Below are positions 1 through 19,806 of a DNA stretch of 64,000 nucleotides, one piece after another. The translations under genes and the position numbers were made by a program. The notes beneath the pieces are model-generated. The model ran no database searches. It was not told where the DNA came from and saw only the letters and a program-made list of their open reading frames with translations. The stretch lies in assembly GCF_009914755.1 (NCBI RefSeq), contig NC_060939.1. One strand, given 5' to 3'. The first letter of the stretch is position 1. Every line of letters starts with the position of its first letter. This stretch comes from the human T2T-CHM13v2.0 reference genome, Homo sapiens.

Positions 1-740
<740 letters not shown>

Positions 741-3700
741 GATCCAATTGTTAAATACAATGCTAATATTAGACATAGCCACAGAGTGACCCCCTCAGTT
801 TACAGATGTAGAAACTGATATTCACCATGATCCTAGGACCCAAAATGGGAGCTCTCTCCTTACTCTGAATATTTATAGAGCTGAGGGTCAGCATTGAATA
901 TGTTCTCTGGTTTTATCACAGATACTTCCTCTTATCTCTTATCTTCCCACCTGAGCCACCAGTTCATAGAGGGTATGAATGTCTGACTGCCTCCAGGCAT
1001 ACAGCCAGAACTCACTGTGTCTGGACGGGCCTCATACTACAGCCTCCACCCCTTCCAACCTCCTCTGCGACAGACTGTGGCTATGTTCTTCCTGCTGAAC
1101 ACCACCTCTGCCCTGATGGCTCCTGCAACTTGGACAAAGTGACAAGGTGAAGTTCAGGAGGCTCTGTGTTGCTGAAGAATTGGCCTTGAGGTTATTTCAT
1201 GCCTGAATGACCAGTGGTTTACTACCAGAATCATCTGGCTTCCTGCAAGGAAGATTTGGGGCTTGGTATCTGTTCCCCTCTCAGACTCAGCAGACACCTA
1301 GCCACCGCTGAAGTCACTGAAATCGGATCTACCATCCACAGAAGTGGCTCCTCGAGTCTGAGTCACCAGAGGACAGAGGAAGAGGGGCCACTCTGGTAGC
1401 AGTTTCAGGTAATGGCAAACAGACATCTGGCCAAGGTGCACATGTTTAATAGGTGATCTCCAGGCCCACAAAGAGATGCCATTTCCTTTATGAATGGCAG
1501 ACAGAAGGGGACTGTGATGGGGATCATAGGGTGACTGCCCTGTCCACTCTGATCCCTCCCTTTTTCCTAAAATCTTAAAGACATGGCCTTGGACTCCTCA
1601 CCGGGCTCCTCATAAACAAATCTGATCTCCATGATTAAGTTAGAAGCTCCCTGCAGCCATGTGCATCTGTGTCTGGTTCATATTCTAGTTCCTTGGTGCT
1701 TGGTGAAGGGCCTATGGCAGCACAGCAGCTCAGCGGTTTGAGAAGACACGCAGCACGCTGTAGGGCCTCCCTCTTTTTAGAAAGCACTGCCCAAGTGCCA
1801 GGGCATAGCAAACAGGAGGCACCTGCATCACAGCAGTAGCCCAAGGGCCTGGAAGCACGTTGCCTAGGAAGAGCAACCTAAAACGCTGAGACAAGTGGAT
1901 ATTTTCCCATCTAAGAAAACCTAGGCTCTTTCTGAAAGATGTGCGTGGCTTCAAGACAAGCTGAGCCCTGGCAAGAAAGGGAGGGAGGAGGAGGGACTGG
2001 GGAAGGAAGCTGACATTTACTTAGTGTCTACGGTGTGCCAAACTCACCACACAATGATGCTACTGTGAAATTCTAGTCACCCCAGAACTAGCCACTGTGT
2101 CGAGTTGTCAGAAAAGAGGGTTTTACTGGCCTTCCTTGACCTGGTTCTTCAAAAGACTTATGACCCCCTAATCCACTATTTATAATGACTTTACTGCTCT
2201 CCTGGTACCTAGGGTGGTACTAGTTATACTCCATACTTGAGAGAGCTGAGAGAGTCACTCCAATCAGCTTCTCTGTTCTGTGGCTCAGCTCGGGACCCTG
2301 GCTGAGAAAAGCTACAATACAGCTCCTCATTTAACCCTCACAACAGCCTTATGAGGAAGGAATATTTATATTTTGCAGCTGGAAAAGCTCAAGCTCAGAG
2401 AGGGGAAGTAGCTTGTCTTAAGATCTCAGGGGTAGTGGCTCAGCCAGATTTTCAATCCAAGTCTGTCTCCAGGGACACAAGATGGTAAAGCTGAGTGGGG
2501 CAAAGCATCTCGAAGCCTGGTACGGAGCCTGACAAATTGAAGGCGCTCAGTGAATATGTGGCAGGATGAATGAGCCCCACTCCAGGAGGACACTGACAAG
2601 GGCTTCTGCTTGTTTCCTTGCTTCCTTCTTTCCTTCAAAGAGCTGGTTCTTTTTTTTTTTTTTTTTTTTTTTTGAGACGGAGTCTTGCTCTGTTACCCAG
2701 GCTGGAGTGCAGTGGCGCGATCTCAGCTCACTGCAAGCTCTCCCGGGTTCACACCATTCTCCTGCCTCAGCCTCCCCAGTAGCTGGGACTACAGGCACCT
2801 GCCACCACGCCCGGCTACTTTTTTTGTATTTTTAGTAGAGATAGGTTTCACTGTGTTAGCCAGGATGGTCTTGATTTCCTGACCTTGTGATCCGCCCACC
2901 TCAGCCTCCGAAAGTGGTGGGATTCAGGCGTGAGCCACCATGCCCGGTCCTAACTGGCTTTTAAATGGGTCAAGTAGGATGGTGAGGGCTAAGTTTCACC
3001 TACAAGGAGGAATAACCTAAAACTCCCCTGCAGTGCCACTCAGAGTGGCTATTGCCCTTTACTGAATTTGTAACAAATAAAAGGCTCTTAACCTCAGTTC
3101 TTTTCATTCAGCAACCAGCTACAGTGTGAGGAACATACCACAATGCATAAGACACAGCTCTCACCCTTCTGGAGTCCACAATCTGGTATCTGAGACAAGT
3201 GGGCACCCCCTGAAGGGGTGCTGGGGACCACGGCAAGGTGCAGAGCAAAAAACAGGAAGAAGGGGAGACACCTCGGTGGGCTTCAAGAAAGGCCAGGTTG
3301 TAGAAGGAAGACAGACAGCAAAGGCCCAGATCAGTAAGGCCCCCCACCACTGCAAGGCAGGGGGGCACTTCCACATAGCTGGGGGGTAAAGGCAGTGAGG
3401 GAAGAGAGGCAGGCAGAGTTAGGCTGCAGCTCTCCCAGGAACGGCCATGAAAACCACACTTTTTTTTTTTTTTTTTTTTGAGATGGAGTCTCGCTCTGTT
3501 GCCCAGGCTGGAGTGCAGTGGCGCAATCTCTGCTCACTACAATCTCCACCTCCCAGGTTGAAGCGATTCTCGTGCCTCAGCCTCCTGAGTAGCTAGGATT
3601 ACAGGCACATACCACCACGCCCGGCTAATTGAAAACCACACTTGTCACTGGTTTGGAAACCTCATACCATGCGTTTCACAGGTGCTGGCTGTCTGAGCTC

Positions 3701-4036
3701 TCTGTGACTTTTCCTTGCCTTCCCTTCCTGTATTCCACCCAGGCTCCCAGTGTGAGGTTTATTTCAGGCTCCAAATAAACACATTAAATAAATATCTTAT
3801 CTCACGGACTAAAAAAAATTCAGGGCCAGCCGGGCACGGTGGCTCAAGCTTATAATCCAGCACTTTGGGAGGCTGAGGTGAGAGGGTTGCTTAAATCCAG
3901 TTTGAGATCAGCCTGGGCAACATAGCGAGACCCTGTCTCTTTTTTTTCATAGTAAAAATAAAAAATAAGTTTAGGCCTGGCGCGGTGGCTCAGGCCTGTA
4001 ATCCCTGCACTTTGGGAGGCCAAGGCAGGCGGATCA

Positions 4037-4231
<195 letters not shown>

Positions 4232-4531
4232 CTATTAAAAATACAAAAATTGGCCAGGCGTGATGGCTCACGCCTGTAATCCCAGCACTTTGGGAAGCTG
4301 AGGCAGGTGGGTCACCTGAGGTCAGGAGTTTGAGACCAGCCTGGCCAAGATGGCAAAACCCCATATCTACTAAAAATACAAAATTAGCTGGGCGTGGTGG
4401 CAGGCGCCTGTAATCCCAGCTACTTGGAAGGCTGAGGCAGGAGAATCGCTTGAACTGGGAGGCGGAGGTTGCAGTGAGCCAAGATTGTGCCATTGCCCTC
4501 CAGCCTGGGATACAGAGGAAGACTCCATTTA

Positions 4532-4800
<269 letters not shown>

Positions 4801-4916
4801 TCACCTGAGGTCAGGAGTGTAAGACCAGTCTGGCTAACAAGGTGAAACCCCATCTCTCCTAAAAGTACAAAAATTAGCCAGGCATGGTGGCGGGTGCCTG
4901 TAATCCCAGCTACTCA

Positions 4917-5048
<132 letters not shown>

Positions 5049-5558
5049 TTAAAACATTAAAAATTCAGGGTCATGCTGAGAGGCAGAGAGTCAGCAACAC
5101 TCTGGAACCTCTGTGAAGTCCTATTGGCTTTGGAGATGAGGCTGAGTGTCACAGAGCACGAAAAAGCAATCACCCCCAGAGTGGCTAGCTGGGTCCCAGT
5201 GCACAAAGAGCCACAATTGACCTTGGTGCTCTCTGACCTGATACCTGAGAATCTGTCCTAAGAAAATATCACAAAAACATGTAAAAATCTGTACCTGCAA
5301 TGATATTCATAGGACCAGGACTTACAATAGGAGAAAAAAGCACGAAACAAACATCCAATGACAGAGACCACAGGTATGTTTTGGTACGCATCCCCTTGAA
5401 GGCCCACAACGCCACTAAGCATCACAGCTATGAAGATGGTGCAGCAATACAGAACAGGCTTTCTGGTCGGGCATGGTGGCTCACGCCTATAATCGCAGCA
5501 CTTTGGGAGGCCAAGGTGGGCAGATCACGAGGTCAGGAGATCGAGACCATCCTGGCTA

Positions 5559-6445
<887 letters not shown>

Positions 6446-6527
6446 TTAACAATGGTTGCAAATGACTGGTAGAAATATGGAAGACTTATTTTCTGTTTTC
6501 CAAATTTTCTATAATATGGTCATGTTA

Positions 6528-6820
<293 letters not shown>

Positions 6821-7857
6821 CTAAGAGGCTGAGGTGAGAGAATCGCTTGAGCCCAGGAGTTAAGACCAGCCTGGGCATCATGATGAAACCCCGTCTCTAC
6901 AGAGAATACGAAAATTAGGCCGGGTGCAGTGGCTCATACCTGTAATCCCAGCATTTTGGGAGGCTGAGGTGGACGGATCACCTGAGGTTGGGAGTTTGAG
7001 ACCAGCCTGGCCAGCATGATGAAACCCAGTCTCTACTAAAAATACAAAAATTAGCCGGGTGTGGTGGCAGGCGCCTGTAACCCCAGCTACTTGGGAAGCT
7101 GAGGCAAGAGAATCACTTGAACCTGGGAGGCGGGGAGATTGCAGTGAGTCGAGATCACTCCATTGCACTCCAGCCCGGGCAACAGAGTGAGACTCCGTCT
7201 CAAAAAAAAAAAAAAATCAGCCAGGTCTCGTCGTGGGTACCTGTGGTCCCAGCTACACTGGAGGCTGAGGCAGGAGAACTGCCTGAGCCCAGGAGGTCGA
7301 GGCTGCAGTGAGCCATGATTGCGCTACTGCACCCTGGCCTGGGTGACAGAGACAGACCCCATCTCCAAAAAAAAAAAAAACAGTAAGTGAGCAAGGTACA
7401 CTCAGGCCTTGCTTCCTGCCACCGGCTGCAATGTGTGGAACCCTTCAGAAAAGCAAGTCTGAGTCACCTGGCCGGGCATTCAAGGCCTTCCAGGACCTGG
7501 CACCAATCCTCTAAAGGAATCTACCCTCAAAATGGGACACTTACTATCTCCTCGCACCTCTGTGTAGTCTCTCCATACACAAACCATTCCATGCCAAGCA
7601 CTGGGCTAGGGAAACCAAGAAAGAACCTTGATTCCTGCCTTTGAGAAGCAAATAGTACAGAGAATCACACAGAAGCCAGGGCAAGAGGTGATGGCACATG
7701 ATCAGCACTGTAACAGGGTGAGGGCAGACACAGGGTGAGACACAGTGTGATCATAGAGGAGAGAGTAATTAAGCTGTCTGGGAGAGTCAGGGAAGGCTCT
7801 ACTGAGCTGGAATCTGAGTTGGATCTTGAGAGATGAAAGAAACCTAGCAAACAGTAA

Positions 7858-8040
<183 letters not shown>

Positions 8041-8925
8041 TGAGTAGCTAGGATTACAGGTGTGTGCCACCATGCCCAGCTAATTTTTTGTATTTTTAGT
8101 AGGGACAGGGTTTCACCGTGTTAGCCAGGATGGTCTTGATCTCCTGACCTTGTGATCCGTCCGCCTTGGCCTCCCAAAGTGCTGGGATTACAGGCTTGAG
8201 CCACCGCACCTGGCCGAGAATCTTTAAAAAGAGCTTGCATGTGTTCAGAAGAGAGAAGGTTATGGAGGCTGTGGAGGGGTGTGTGGAGAGAAGAGTCTGG
8301 AGTATCAGGGAACCAGTCTGAAGAGGGTGGGGCCAGATTGTGGGACTTTGGATGTTGCTCTACAGGCAACGGGGAACAACTAGAGATTTGCAGTCAGGGG
8401 TGACATGATCATTCTATCAGCAGTGAAGGGAGTGCAACAGCATGGTAGGACAACAGCGGGAAGACTGGCTAGGACACAACTGTCAACATGGGTGAAGTGA
8501 GGACCAAATTGAGGGACAGCAGCTGGGGATGGAGAAGAGGAACAAGAGGGACTTCAGAGACCTTCCTCACATCAATCCCACAGGCTCAGCAACTCTCTGG
8601 GTTGGCCTGGGAATGGAAAGACTACAGGGCAGGAAAGGGAAGGGAAAGAATAGAGTTGAGGCCAGGCACAGTGGCTCACGCCTGTAATCCCAGCACTTTG
8701 GGAGGGTGAGGCAGGTGGATCACTAGAGGTCAGAAGTTTGAGACCAGTCTGGCCAACATGGTGAAACCCCATCTCTACTAAAAATACAAAAATTAGCCGG
8801 GCGTGGTGGCACATTCCTGCAATCCCAGCTACTCAGGAGGCTAAGGCAGAAGAATTGCTTGAACCCAGGAGAGGTGGAGGCTGCAGTGAGCTGAGATCAC
8901 ACCACTGCACTCCACCCTGACTCTA

Positions 8926-9451
<526 letters not shown>

Positions 9452-9609
9452 TCAGGAGGAAGCTGAGAACTAGAGATCTAGATCTGGGATCGCTGAAATG
9501 TGGATGCTATTCTGAAGTCATAGAAATGAAGGTATAAAGTGAGAACAGGGTAAACCCAGCACTTTGGGAGGTTGAGGCAGGATTGCTTGAATCCAGGAGT
9601 TCGAGACTA

Positions 9610-9969
<360 letters not shown>

Positions 9970-10470
9970 CTAAATGTATGAGACAGGAAGTGAAAACAGG
10001 CTGAGGAAGGTGAGAATTATCAGGATAAAAGAGGCCAAGGATGGAGAGAATTTCAAGAGACTGGCCAAACAAGCATGTGAGTCACAAGCAGCAGACGCAT
10101 CCCAGGCTCATGACTCCCTAAGAGACCATTAAGATCTAAGAGTGAGGACATGCCTGGGGGTGCAGGGGTAAGAGTGGACACAGGAGTACAGGGATGACAG
10201 CAAGCAGGAGCGACTTTTGGTTCTTGGCACTACTTCACCCAAAAATACTCTGTTTTCTGGCCGGGCGTGGTGGCTCACACCTGTAATCCTAGCATTCCGG
10301 GAGACCGAGGTGGGTGGATCACCTGAGATCAGGAGTTTGAGACCAGCCTGACCAACGTGGTTGAAACCCCACCTCTACGAAAAATACAAAAATTAGCCAG
10401 GCATGCTAGTGCACGCCTGTAATCCCAGCTACTCGGGAGTGTGACTCTGTCTCAAAAAATAAATGAATAA

Positions 10471-10860
<390 letters not shown>

Positions 10861-12876
10861 TGATCCGCCCGCCTTGGCCTCCCAAAGTGCTGGGATTACA
10901 GGCGTGAGCCACTGCGCCCCGGCCTCAGTGAGTATTTCTTAGCTCTCCTGCCAGAAGCCATTGATCACATACTGTGCTCATTTACCATGGTCTCCTGCAC
11001 AGGCCTGCAGAGCAGCATGACCTCAGTGATGTGCACTAACGTGAACATCTCAAAGCAGCACTTGCTGGATGGGTCACAGTTTGCAAATGTGCACAGCACT
11101 CTTCTCTGAATGAACAGCAAGTACCCCTTGTTTGTCCTGGTTAAATATTACCATTTCTCTGAAATTAAGATTATCTTACCCCAAGTGTTTCCAAAGAAGA
11201 CTTAACGGAAGAGTCAAAGTTCACCTATCTCTCTACCCAAGTTTTAACACCCAGCCTGGCTCCAGGTGCCAACCATAAAGGCAGGAATCCTATCTGGGCA
11301 GCTGTCTGTAGTCACAGTGAAGCTGTAAGAACCCTGCCATTTTCAAATTTCTTGAGACAATGCTCTGTTACACAGGAAAGTTCTACCAGGTCCATCTGGT
11401 TATTCCAAGAATTCCCAAAGTTATGGTCAAGCTGGGGCCAACCCTCTCTGGGAAGGTCCCACTGTCTGCACAGGGAAATTCAAGTAACTTTGTTCACACC
11501 CAAATCACGTTTCTGCCACCACTTCTTCCTTCCACAGGAGAGAAATATTTCAAATCCTTGGGAAGCAGCCACAACACTGAGATTATCTTTTAACTGCAAG
11601 GAGGCAATGTGTGAAAGTGATATTGTGTGACTTGGCAACTTACAAACACTGAAAGGTTTTCTCTGTTCAATGCCACCACCTATTCCACTTCCTCTCCTTG
11701 AGATCAATGCTGTCTGCCTGGGATAATCTGGCAGAAGTGCTGAGTGGGAAAGCAGCCCTAGGCACTTGCCTGGGTGGTCTGATTTTTAGTGGACTGCTGA
11801 AAAATGGACAGTACAATGACTCCCTTTAGCTTTCCACCCCTTCATCACCTGACAAGACTTAATGAGAAACTTTTGGGAGCAGACACCCTGGATCATTCCA
11901 AAGCAGAGACCGAAATACTCAGAGGGTACAAAGCAGCTGCCATAACCAACAGAGGAATTAGGGTGTGCCAGTGGAGGCTGTGAAATCAACAACACTTGGC
12001 TTGCAGTTTCCTGCTTCCTCCTAGGAGGTGGGCAAACCTCTGTGGCACACTCATATCTTAACTTCCCATTCACAGCTCTTTCTGTGCAGGAAGTTTTCTA
12101 ATCATCCCGATCATAACCACACGCAAGGAAGAGGTCATAAAAGCACATGCCCACAGTGCGGGGTGGAAGCAGGCACTTAATAAAGAACCTTGGATGAGGA
12201 AGTCAACTAAATGGTGCACTGGGAGTTTCAAAGGATATAACGACTGAGCAGAAAACAGATTCCATGGTCGAATAACCTTGAGAAATGCTGGGTCAAATAA
12301 AGCTGAGCCAATGTCTTTTTGTAGGATTTCTCAGAGCCTTTAACAAACTAACAGGCCTTGTGAATCTTTATTTTGGTTTGTTTGTTTTTTGAGATAGAGT
12401 TTCACTCTATTACCCAGGCTGGAGTGCAAAGGCACTCCTCAGCTCACTGCAACCTCCACCTCCCAGGCTCAAGTGATCCCCCTGTCGCAGCCTCCCGAGT
12501 AGCTGAGCCCACAGGTGCATGCCACCACACCCAGCTAATTTTTTGTATTTGTTGTAGAGATGGGGTTTTGCCATGTTGCCTAGGCCATTCTCAAACTCAT
12601 GACCTCAAGTGATCCACCTGCCTTGGCCTCCCAAATTGCTGAGATTATAGGTGTGAGCCACCATGCCTGGCCAAGCCTTGTGAATCTTTGAAAAAACAAA
12701 CAGGCTGGGCACAGTGGCTCACGCCTGTAATCCTAGCACTTTGGGAGGCTGAGGCGGGTGGATCACCTGAGGTCTGGAGTTCGTGACCAGCCTGGCCAAC
12801 ATGGTAAAACCCTGTCTCTAGTAAAAATACAGAAATTCTGAGCGTGGTGGTGGGTGCCTGTAATCCTACCTACTCA

Positions 12877-13032
<156 letters not shown>

Positions 13033-15251
13033 CTATTTGACCACAGAACCATGAGCACCTTTCAGGACTGGCATTACTCAGAATATATATTGCTTTAAAG
13101 AACTGTCTTAAAAAGCCCAAGAATTGTTCTCCAGTGGAAAAAAAAAACCAATAATAAAAAATAAAAAAATTAAAGAACAAAAGCACAAGATCTGTATTAT
13201 TCCATCCCCTCACACTGGAGAAAAAATGTAGCTTAGCTAATACTAATTTGTTACTTTCACCACTCCCAGTACTCTCAAGAATGGTGACAACTGTGATGAT
13301 GTTACATTCCATTCTTTCCTTAGCCAGCCTAAAATAGCCCCAGTGCAGTTTAACACCAATGTCTGAGCTTCAAAACCTTTAAAACAGCCCTGTCCTGGGA
13401 ATGAGACCCAGGTCAGCACCTTCCTGCTGCTAAACAACTGATGACTCTGGCACATACCATCCTCATTGAGGTCTTGGTTTCCTCATCTCTAAACTGAAGA
13501 GGTTAGAATAGAGTTCTAAGAATGTTCTCAGCTCTTAACAGTCAACTATGAGCTCTGAACACTAGGTATATTTTTGCAATCCACCATTTCTGTCACTGCA
13601 TGACGGAAATAAAAACGACTGTTCTGGAGTGTGACTAGGTGTGACAGTTTCTGAGTCTATCGCCTCTCCACCTGCTCTCTCCTGAGCTTGGTGCCAACAC
13701 CCTGAGTAAATGAAGCTGGGCTCACACCCAGGCACCCAAGGGCTACACCTCCCAACGTCCTAGCCCTGGCAGTCAAGGAAGCAGACATCACCATCTCAAG
13801 GAAAAGGTGGGCAGCTCTGACCAGGAGAAGGTTCAGAGGCCTCACATCCAAAGCTGTTTCTCCCCACACCACTGTGTGCCAAGAGGAAAAGCCCAGCCCA
13901 GGATGAGGAGGAGCAAATCGCAGCCAGCCAGCCAGCTTTCTTCTTCCCACCCAGGACTCCCCACCAGATGTGGCTGGTTGACAGGACCACAGCTGCTTCC
14001 TGTCATGCCATATCCTGGGGCTTCCTGATGGACAGACTGTCTCGCTAGAATGCAGAAGTTACTTCTACCACAGTTTGCACAGTCATTTTTGGAGCCAGAG
14101 ATGAGGTTTAAGACTTTCAAGCAGCTATTAATACAGGGTAGAACTATCTTGCCCTCTGCTAACACTGGAGCAAAGCTCTCTGCATTTTTAGACAACTGAC
14201 TTCCTCTCTGTCAGACAGCAGCAGACTTTTTATTTCTGATTCTGAGAGGACAAAAAAACACACATAAAAAATGGAAAATCATCACATACAACATACACCA
14301 TAAGGCTACAAGATCCTACTAAAACCCAAACCCCAGTATTATACAGCAGTTTTGTAATTAAAGTCTGTTACCAGAAGACATTGGCAGAAAAAAAAAATGC
14401 AAATCTTCTTTCTTTACTCAATAGAGATGACTGTTTGCCTTACATAAGAGACAAGGTCCTTGCAAACGCTCTGTCAAGAAACATTAAGCTACGAGAGGAA
14501 TGTTCAGAATTCCCTGATGTTCTAAGGAACAAGCTATCAGAATTTGCCCTGAGGGCTCCTGTTGGCTAAGACACCTTGAGACCAAGAAAGAAGCAAAACA
14601 TTTTCACTCTCCTGACAGCGTATAATTATTTAGTTCAAGTCTCCTTTGATTTTGCTCTGACCCTTGAAGCGATTCAAAGTGGGAAAACTCATGCTGTGAA
14701 TGACAGGAAGGACTCCTTCAAGGACTTCTCTGACACCTGCAGGAAACTTAAAAGCTGCCAATGACCAAAATAAAGGACAAGCAGGGTGAGTTAATGTGCC
14801 TGGTGACATCCTGACAGAGCAGAATATCAGGGCTCATAATTCACCAGTCAGCACAAACAAGCTTCCCTAGAACGGGTTTTGAGCAGACGTGAAACAAGAG
14901 GCATAGGAGCTCTGGAGGTAACAGTTCAGCCCCTCATGGTGGAAAAAGATCATCCCTGTGCTCTCAGCTGAAAGGCAGAAAGGTGTGGGCTTTAAGTAGG
15001 AAGACTGTCCTGTGGCTCATGCCTGTAATCATAGCACTTTGAGAGGCTGGGGCCAGAGGATTGCTTGAGACCAGGATTTCGAGACCAGCTTGGGCATCAC
15101 AGCGAGACCCCTTCTCTACAAAAATTTTTTTTAAAAGGAGTCAGGCCCAGTGGCACATTCTTGTAGTCCCAGCTACTCAGGAGACTGAGGTGGGATTCAA
15201 ATAATCATTTGAATCCTGGAGGTCAAGGCTGCCATGACCTCCACTGTGCTA

Positions 15252-15359
<108 letters not shown>

Positions 15360-15466
15360 TCACCTGAGGTCGGGAGTTCGAGACCAGCCTGACCAACGTG
15401 GAGAAACCCCGTCTCTACTAAAAATACAAAATTAGCCGGTCGTGGTGGTGCATGCCTGTAATCCTA

Positions 15467-15607
<141 letters not shown>

Positions 15608-16022
15608 TCACCCCTGTAATCCCAGCACTTTGGGAGGCTAAGGTGGGTGGATCACTTCAGGCCAGGAGTTTGAGACCAGTCTGGCCAATAAGGTGAAACC
15701 CCGTCTCTACTAAAAATACAAAAATTAGCCGGGTGTGGTGGTGCACACCTGTAATCCCAGTTTCTCGGGAGGCTGAAGCACGAGAATCACTTGAACCCAG
15801 GAGGCTGAGGCTGCAGTGAGCCGAGATCGCGCTACTGCACTCCAGCCTGGGCGACAGAGCAAGAATTGTCTCAAAAAACAAAACAAAACAAAACAAAAAA
15901 AAAGGAAAAGAAAGAAAGCAGGAAGATTGTTTCTTCCTTGATTGCTGTTCAAAAGGTCAGGCCAGGCGTGGTGGCTCACACCTGTAATCCCAGCACTTTG
16001 GAAGGCCGAGGCGGATGAATCA

Positions 16023-16268
<246 letters not shown>

Positions 16269-17027
16269 TCACACGTCAGTGCATCTCAACTATGTTGCCA
16301 CCACACACAGTTCCATCAGACAAACGTTCCCTGTGGGTCCAGAATTTTTCACAGTCCCCCGCACCTCTCCTCTCTCCCTAACCCGGGCTCTCCTATCTGG
16401 TCAAAACCCACTCCAAACTAGACCCATGGCCAAAATGTGGAATTCTTATCAAGGCCATTTTTCAACTTGGGCTACCTTCCCGCCCTCTCCCATCTTTCTT
16501 TCCCTGACAAATCTCAGGGGCTCTCCTGTACTTTATACACTAGTTTGGCTGGTGGTGGAGCGGTGGCAGGTGTCCTGGGCTTTTCCCACATTTTTCCCCT
16601 CCACCAGAGGCTTCACCACCTCCTCATATGTTGCTGTCACCCCCTCTTCTAAAGTGACTCAAGACAGGTGTCTATCCAAGAATGAGGGAATGCGATAGCC
16701 ACATTTCGCTTCTCCCTGACGCTAGGAGACTTCCGGAAGGGTCCGACCGTACCTGCTCCAGTCCCCTTCCCTAGCACAGCCCAGCCTCCGGGTGCTAGAA
16801 GACCCCACTGTCTCCAACACTTCAGCGCCCCGCCTCCTCTGCAGTTCCACCTGCTGCTAGTCGCGCCCCTCACGCGTTACGATAGGCCAGACCTCAAAGC
16901 CCGCTCTCCCATTGGGCAGATGACCCGTCCCTCCTACGCCACGTCTCCCGGCTCTAGCGAGAGGCCCGGGCGGCGGCCGTGGGCCCTAGGGAAATCTGAG
17001 AGCTGGATGGCGGGAGAGGGGCTCTAC

Positions 17028-17084
17028 CTGGAAGGGGTTTACATCCACTGGGTCCGCGAAGGGGTTGGTGTCGAAAGCCGACAT
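17028..17084 (-). CDS. SCAMP2: Secretory carrier membrane protein 2, coding part of exon 1 (MSAFDTNPFADPVDVNPFQ); the remaining exons lie left of the window
   Basis: ATG at 17084 in the context ATCACCATG; 19 codons with two NPF motifs typical of SCAMP N-termini; donor CAG|GTAGAG at 17028/17027; lies in a CpG island. Confidence 0.96.
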
Positions 17085-17260
17085 GGTGATCGGGGGCCAG
17101 CGGGCGAACTCCGCGAACGCTGCTGCCTCCGGGCACCCAGACCCAGCGGCGCTTCGTGTAGACCCTCCACTTCCGGGAGCGAGGCAGCGGTTCTGGCGCA
17201 GGCGCGATGCCCTCCCCCGAGGGCGTGGCCCTATGACGTCACCGGGGTCGCTCCGCCCCG

Positions 17261-17281
17261 CCCCCCCCCCCCCCCCCCCCC
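17261..17281 (+). repeat. C21 homopolymer in the SCAMP2 promoter
   Basis: Direct count. Confidence 0.95.
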
Positions 17282-17761
17282 GCCCAGCCCACAATAGTGC
17301 GGTGGGTGGGCATTCGGCTTCCGTCCACATCTTCGCTCTGCTGGGGATTCAGGGGTCTTGGCTGCGCGGAGCGTCTACGGAGCCAGAGGCGTGGCCGGAG
17401 TCCTTCCCAACTGCCTATCAATCTGACACCTTCCAATTTTATGTTTCTAAAGCAAACTCTCAAAAGTGGGACAGGAAACAGCCCCTTCACTTCTCTGTAG
17501 ACCAAGTTTGGGAAGAAGTCCAAACTGATCCCTGGGCAAAGGACAGGGGTGACAGGTGAGGCCAGAGGCCTTGGGAGAACTAGGAAAGCGCTTCTTCTGC
17601 AGAACGTGCTCGGGGAAAGAGAAGTGCCAGGACCATCCAGCAGTCCTCCACCCGAGCTGAGCCTGCTTCTTCTAGGGCTGCTCGCCCTCTGATGTCGTTT
17701 CATCGTTTTAGGGACGAGGGTTCCTGGGCCCATCAGCTTTGGGACCTGAGTTGGGACTTGA

Positions 17762-18136
<375 letters not shown>

Positions 18137-18471
18137 TGAACCACTGTCTGGCCAAATCCACCTTATTTATTTGGATCTGTCTGGTATTATTCATCTCTGC
18201 TGTCACCGAATCCCAGCCACTGTCATTTTTACCCTGAACTAATACAGTGCTGTTAATTGGTCTATTGTTCTTCATGTTGTAATCAAAGATATGTTTAAAG
18301 GGGGCAAAATTATCACAGAACTTTGTTAAAATTTTTCAATTAATTTCCATAAAGGGCTGGGTGCGTGGCTTATGCCTGTAATCCCAGTACTTTGGGAGGC
18401 AGAGGTAGGAGGATCACTTGAAGCCAGGAGTTCGAGACCAGCCTAGGCAACATACCAGGACCCTGGCTCTA

Positions 18472-18472
<1 letters not shown>

Positions 18473-18539
<67 letters not shown>

Positions 18540-18552
18540 CTCACACACACAC
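18473..18552 (+). repeat. Compound A(n)-(TA)n-(CA)n microsatellite in an Alu middle A-rich linker
   Basis: Direct reading. Confidence 0.9.
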
Positions 18553-18563
18553 GTAATTAGCTA

Positions 18564-19059
<496 letters not shown>

Positions 19060-19524
19060 TCAAGGTCCTAAAGGATCTGCCCCTACGTTTCTCCCCTTCT
19101 GACCCCTTCTAGCCCCCAACCCCCACCCACTGTTCCAGCCATGCAAGTTCTTTTCAGTTGCTCAAACCTTCCTTGTGCCCTCCTGTCTCAGGGCCTTTAC
19201 ACATGTGTTCCTTCTACCTGGTATGCACTTAACCCATGCCCCACTATCATCCTCTGGTTAACCTCTCCTTACCCTTTAAATGCAAGTTCAGATGCCTTTC
19301 TTCAGGAGTAGCTTCCCTTCACTCTCTTGGTTACATCATCACCTCATACCCAACATAAGCTCTCCTATTGCCCTGTACTTTTCCTTCACAATACCCATTG
19401 CAGATTGTAATTAATACTAGTATAGGTGGTTCTTTATGCCTGTATCCTCCGCTAGACTGAAAGCTCCATGAGGGTAGGGCTGAGGTCTGTTTTGCTCACT
19501 GTTGTGTTTCTGTCACTAACATAG

Positions 19525-19806
<282 letters not shown>

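Larger units (their letters stand above)
16700..17420 (-). promoter_or_regulatory. SCAMP2 CpG-island promoter with ETS/GABP, NRF1-like, CRE and GC-box motifs
   Basis: CpG-dense; CCGGAAGTG on the minus strand at 17168-17176; GCGCAGGCGC at 17196-17205; perfect TGACGTCA at 17234-17241; CCGCCC boxes flanking a C21 run; palindromic CTTCCGGAAG at 16730-16739. Confidence 0.85.

Noticed and set aside
16986-17330. ORF extending SCAMP2 by 82 codons upstream through the G21 run
   Set aside because: Its ATG lies beyond the CRE/GC-box core promoter and is probably not in the mRNA; the frame depends on a mutable homopolymer length; stop-free GC-rich frames are common
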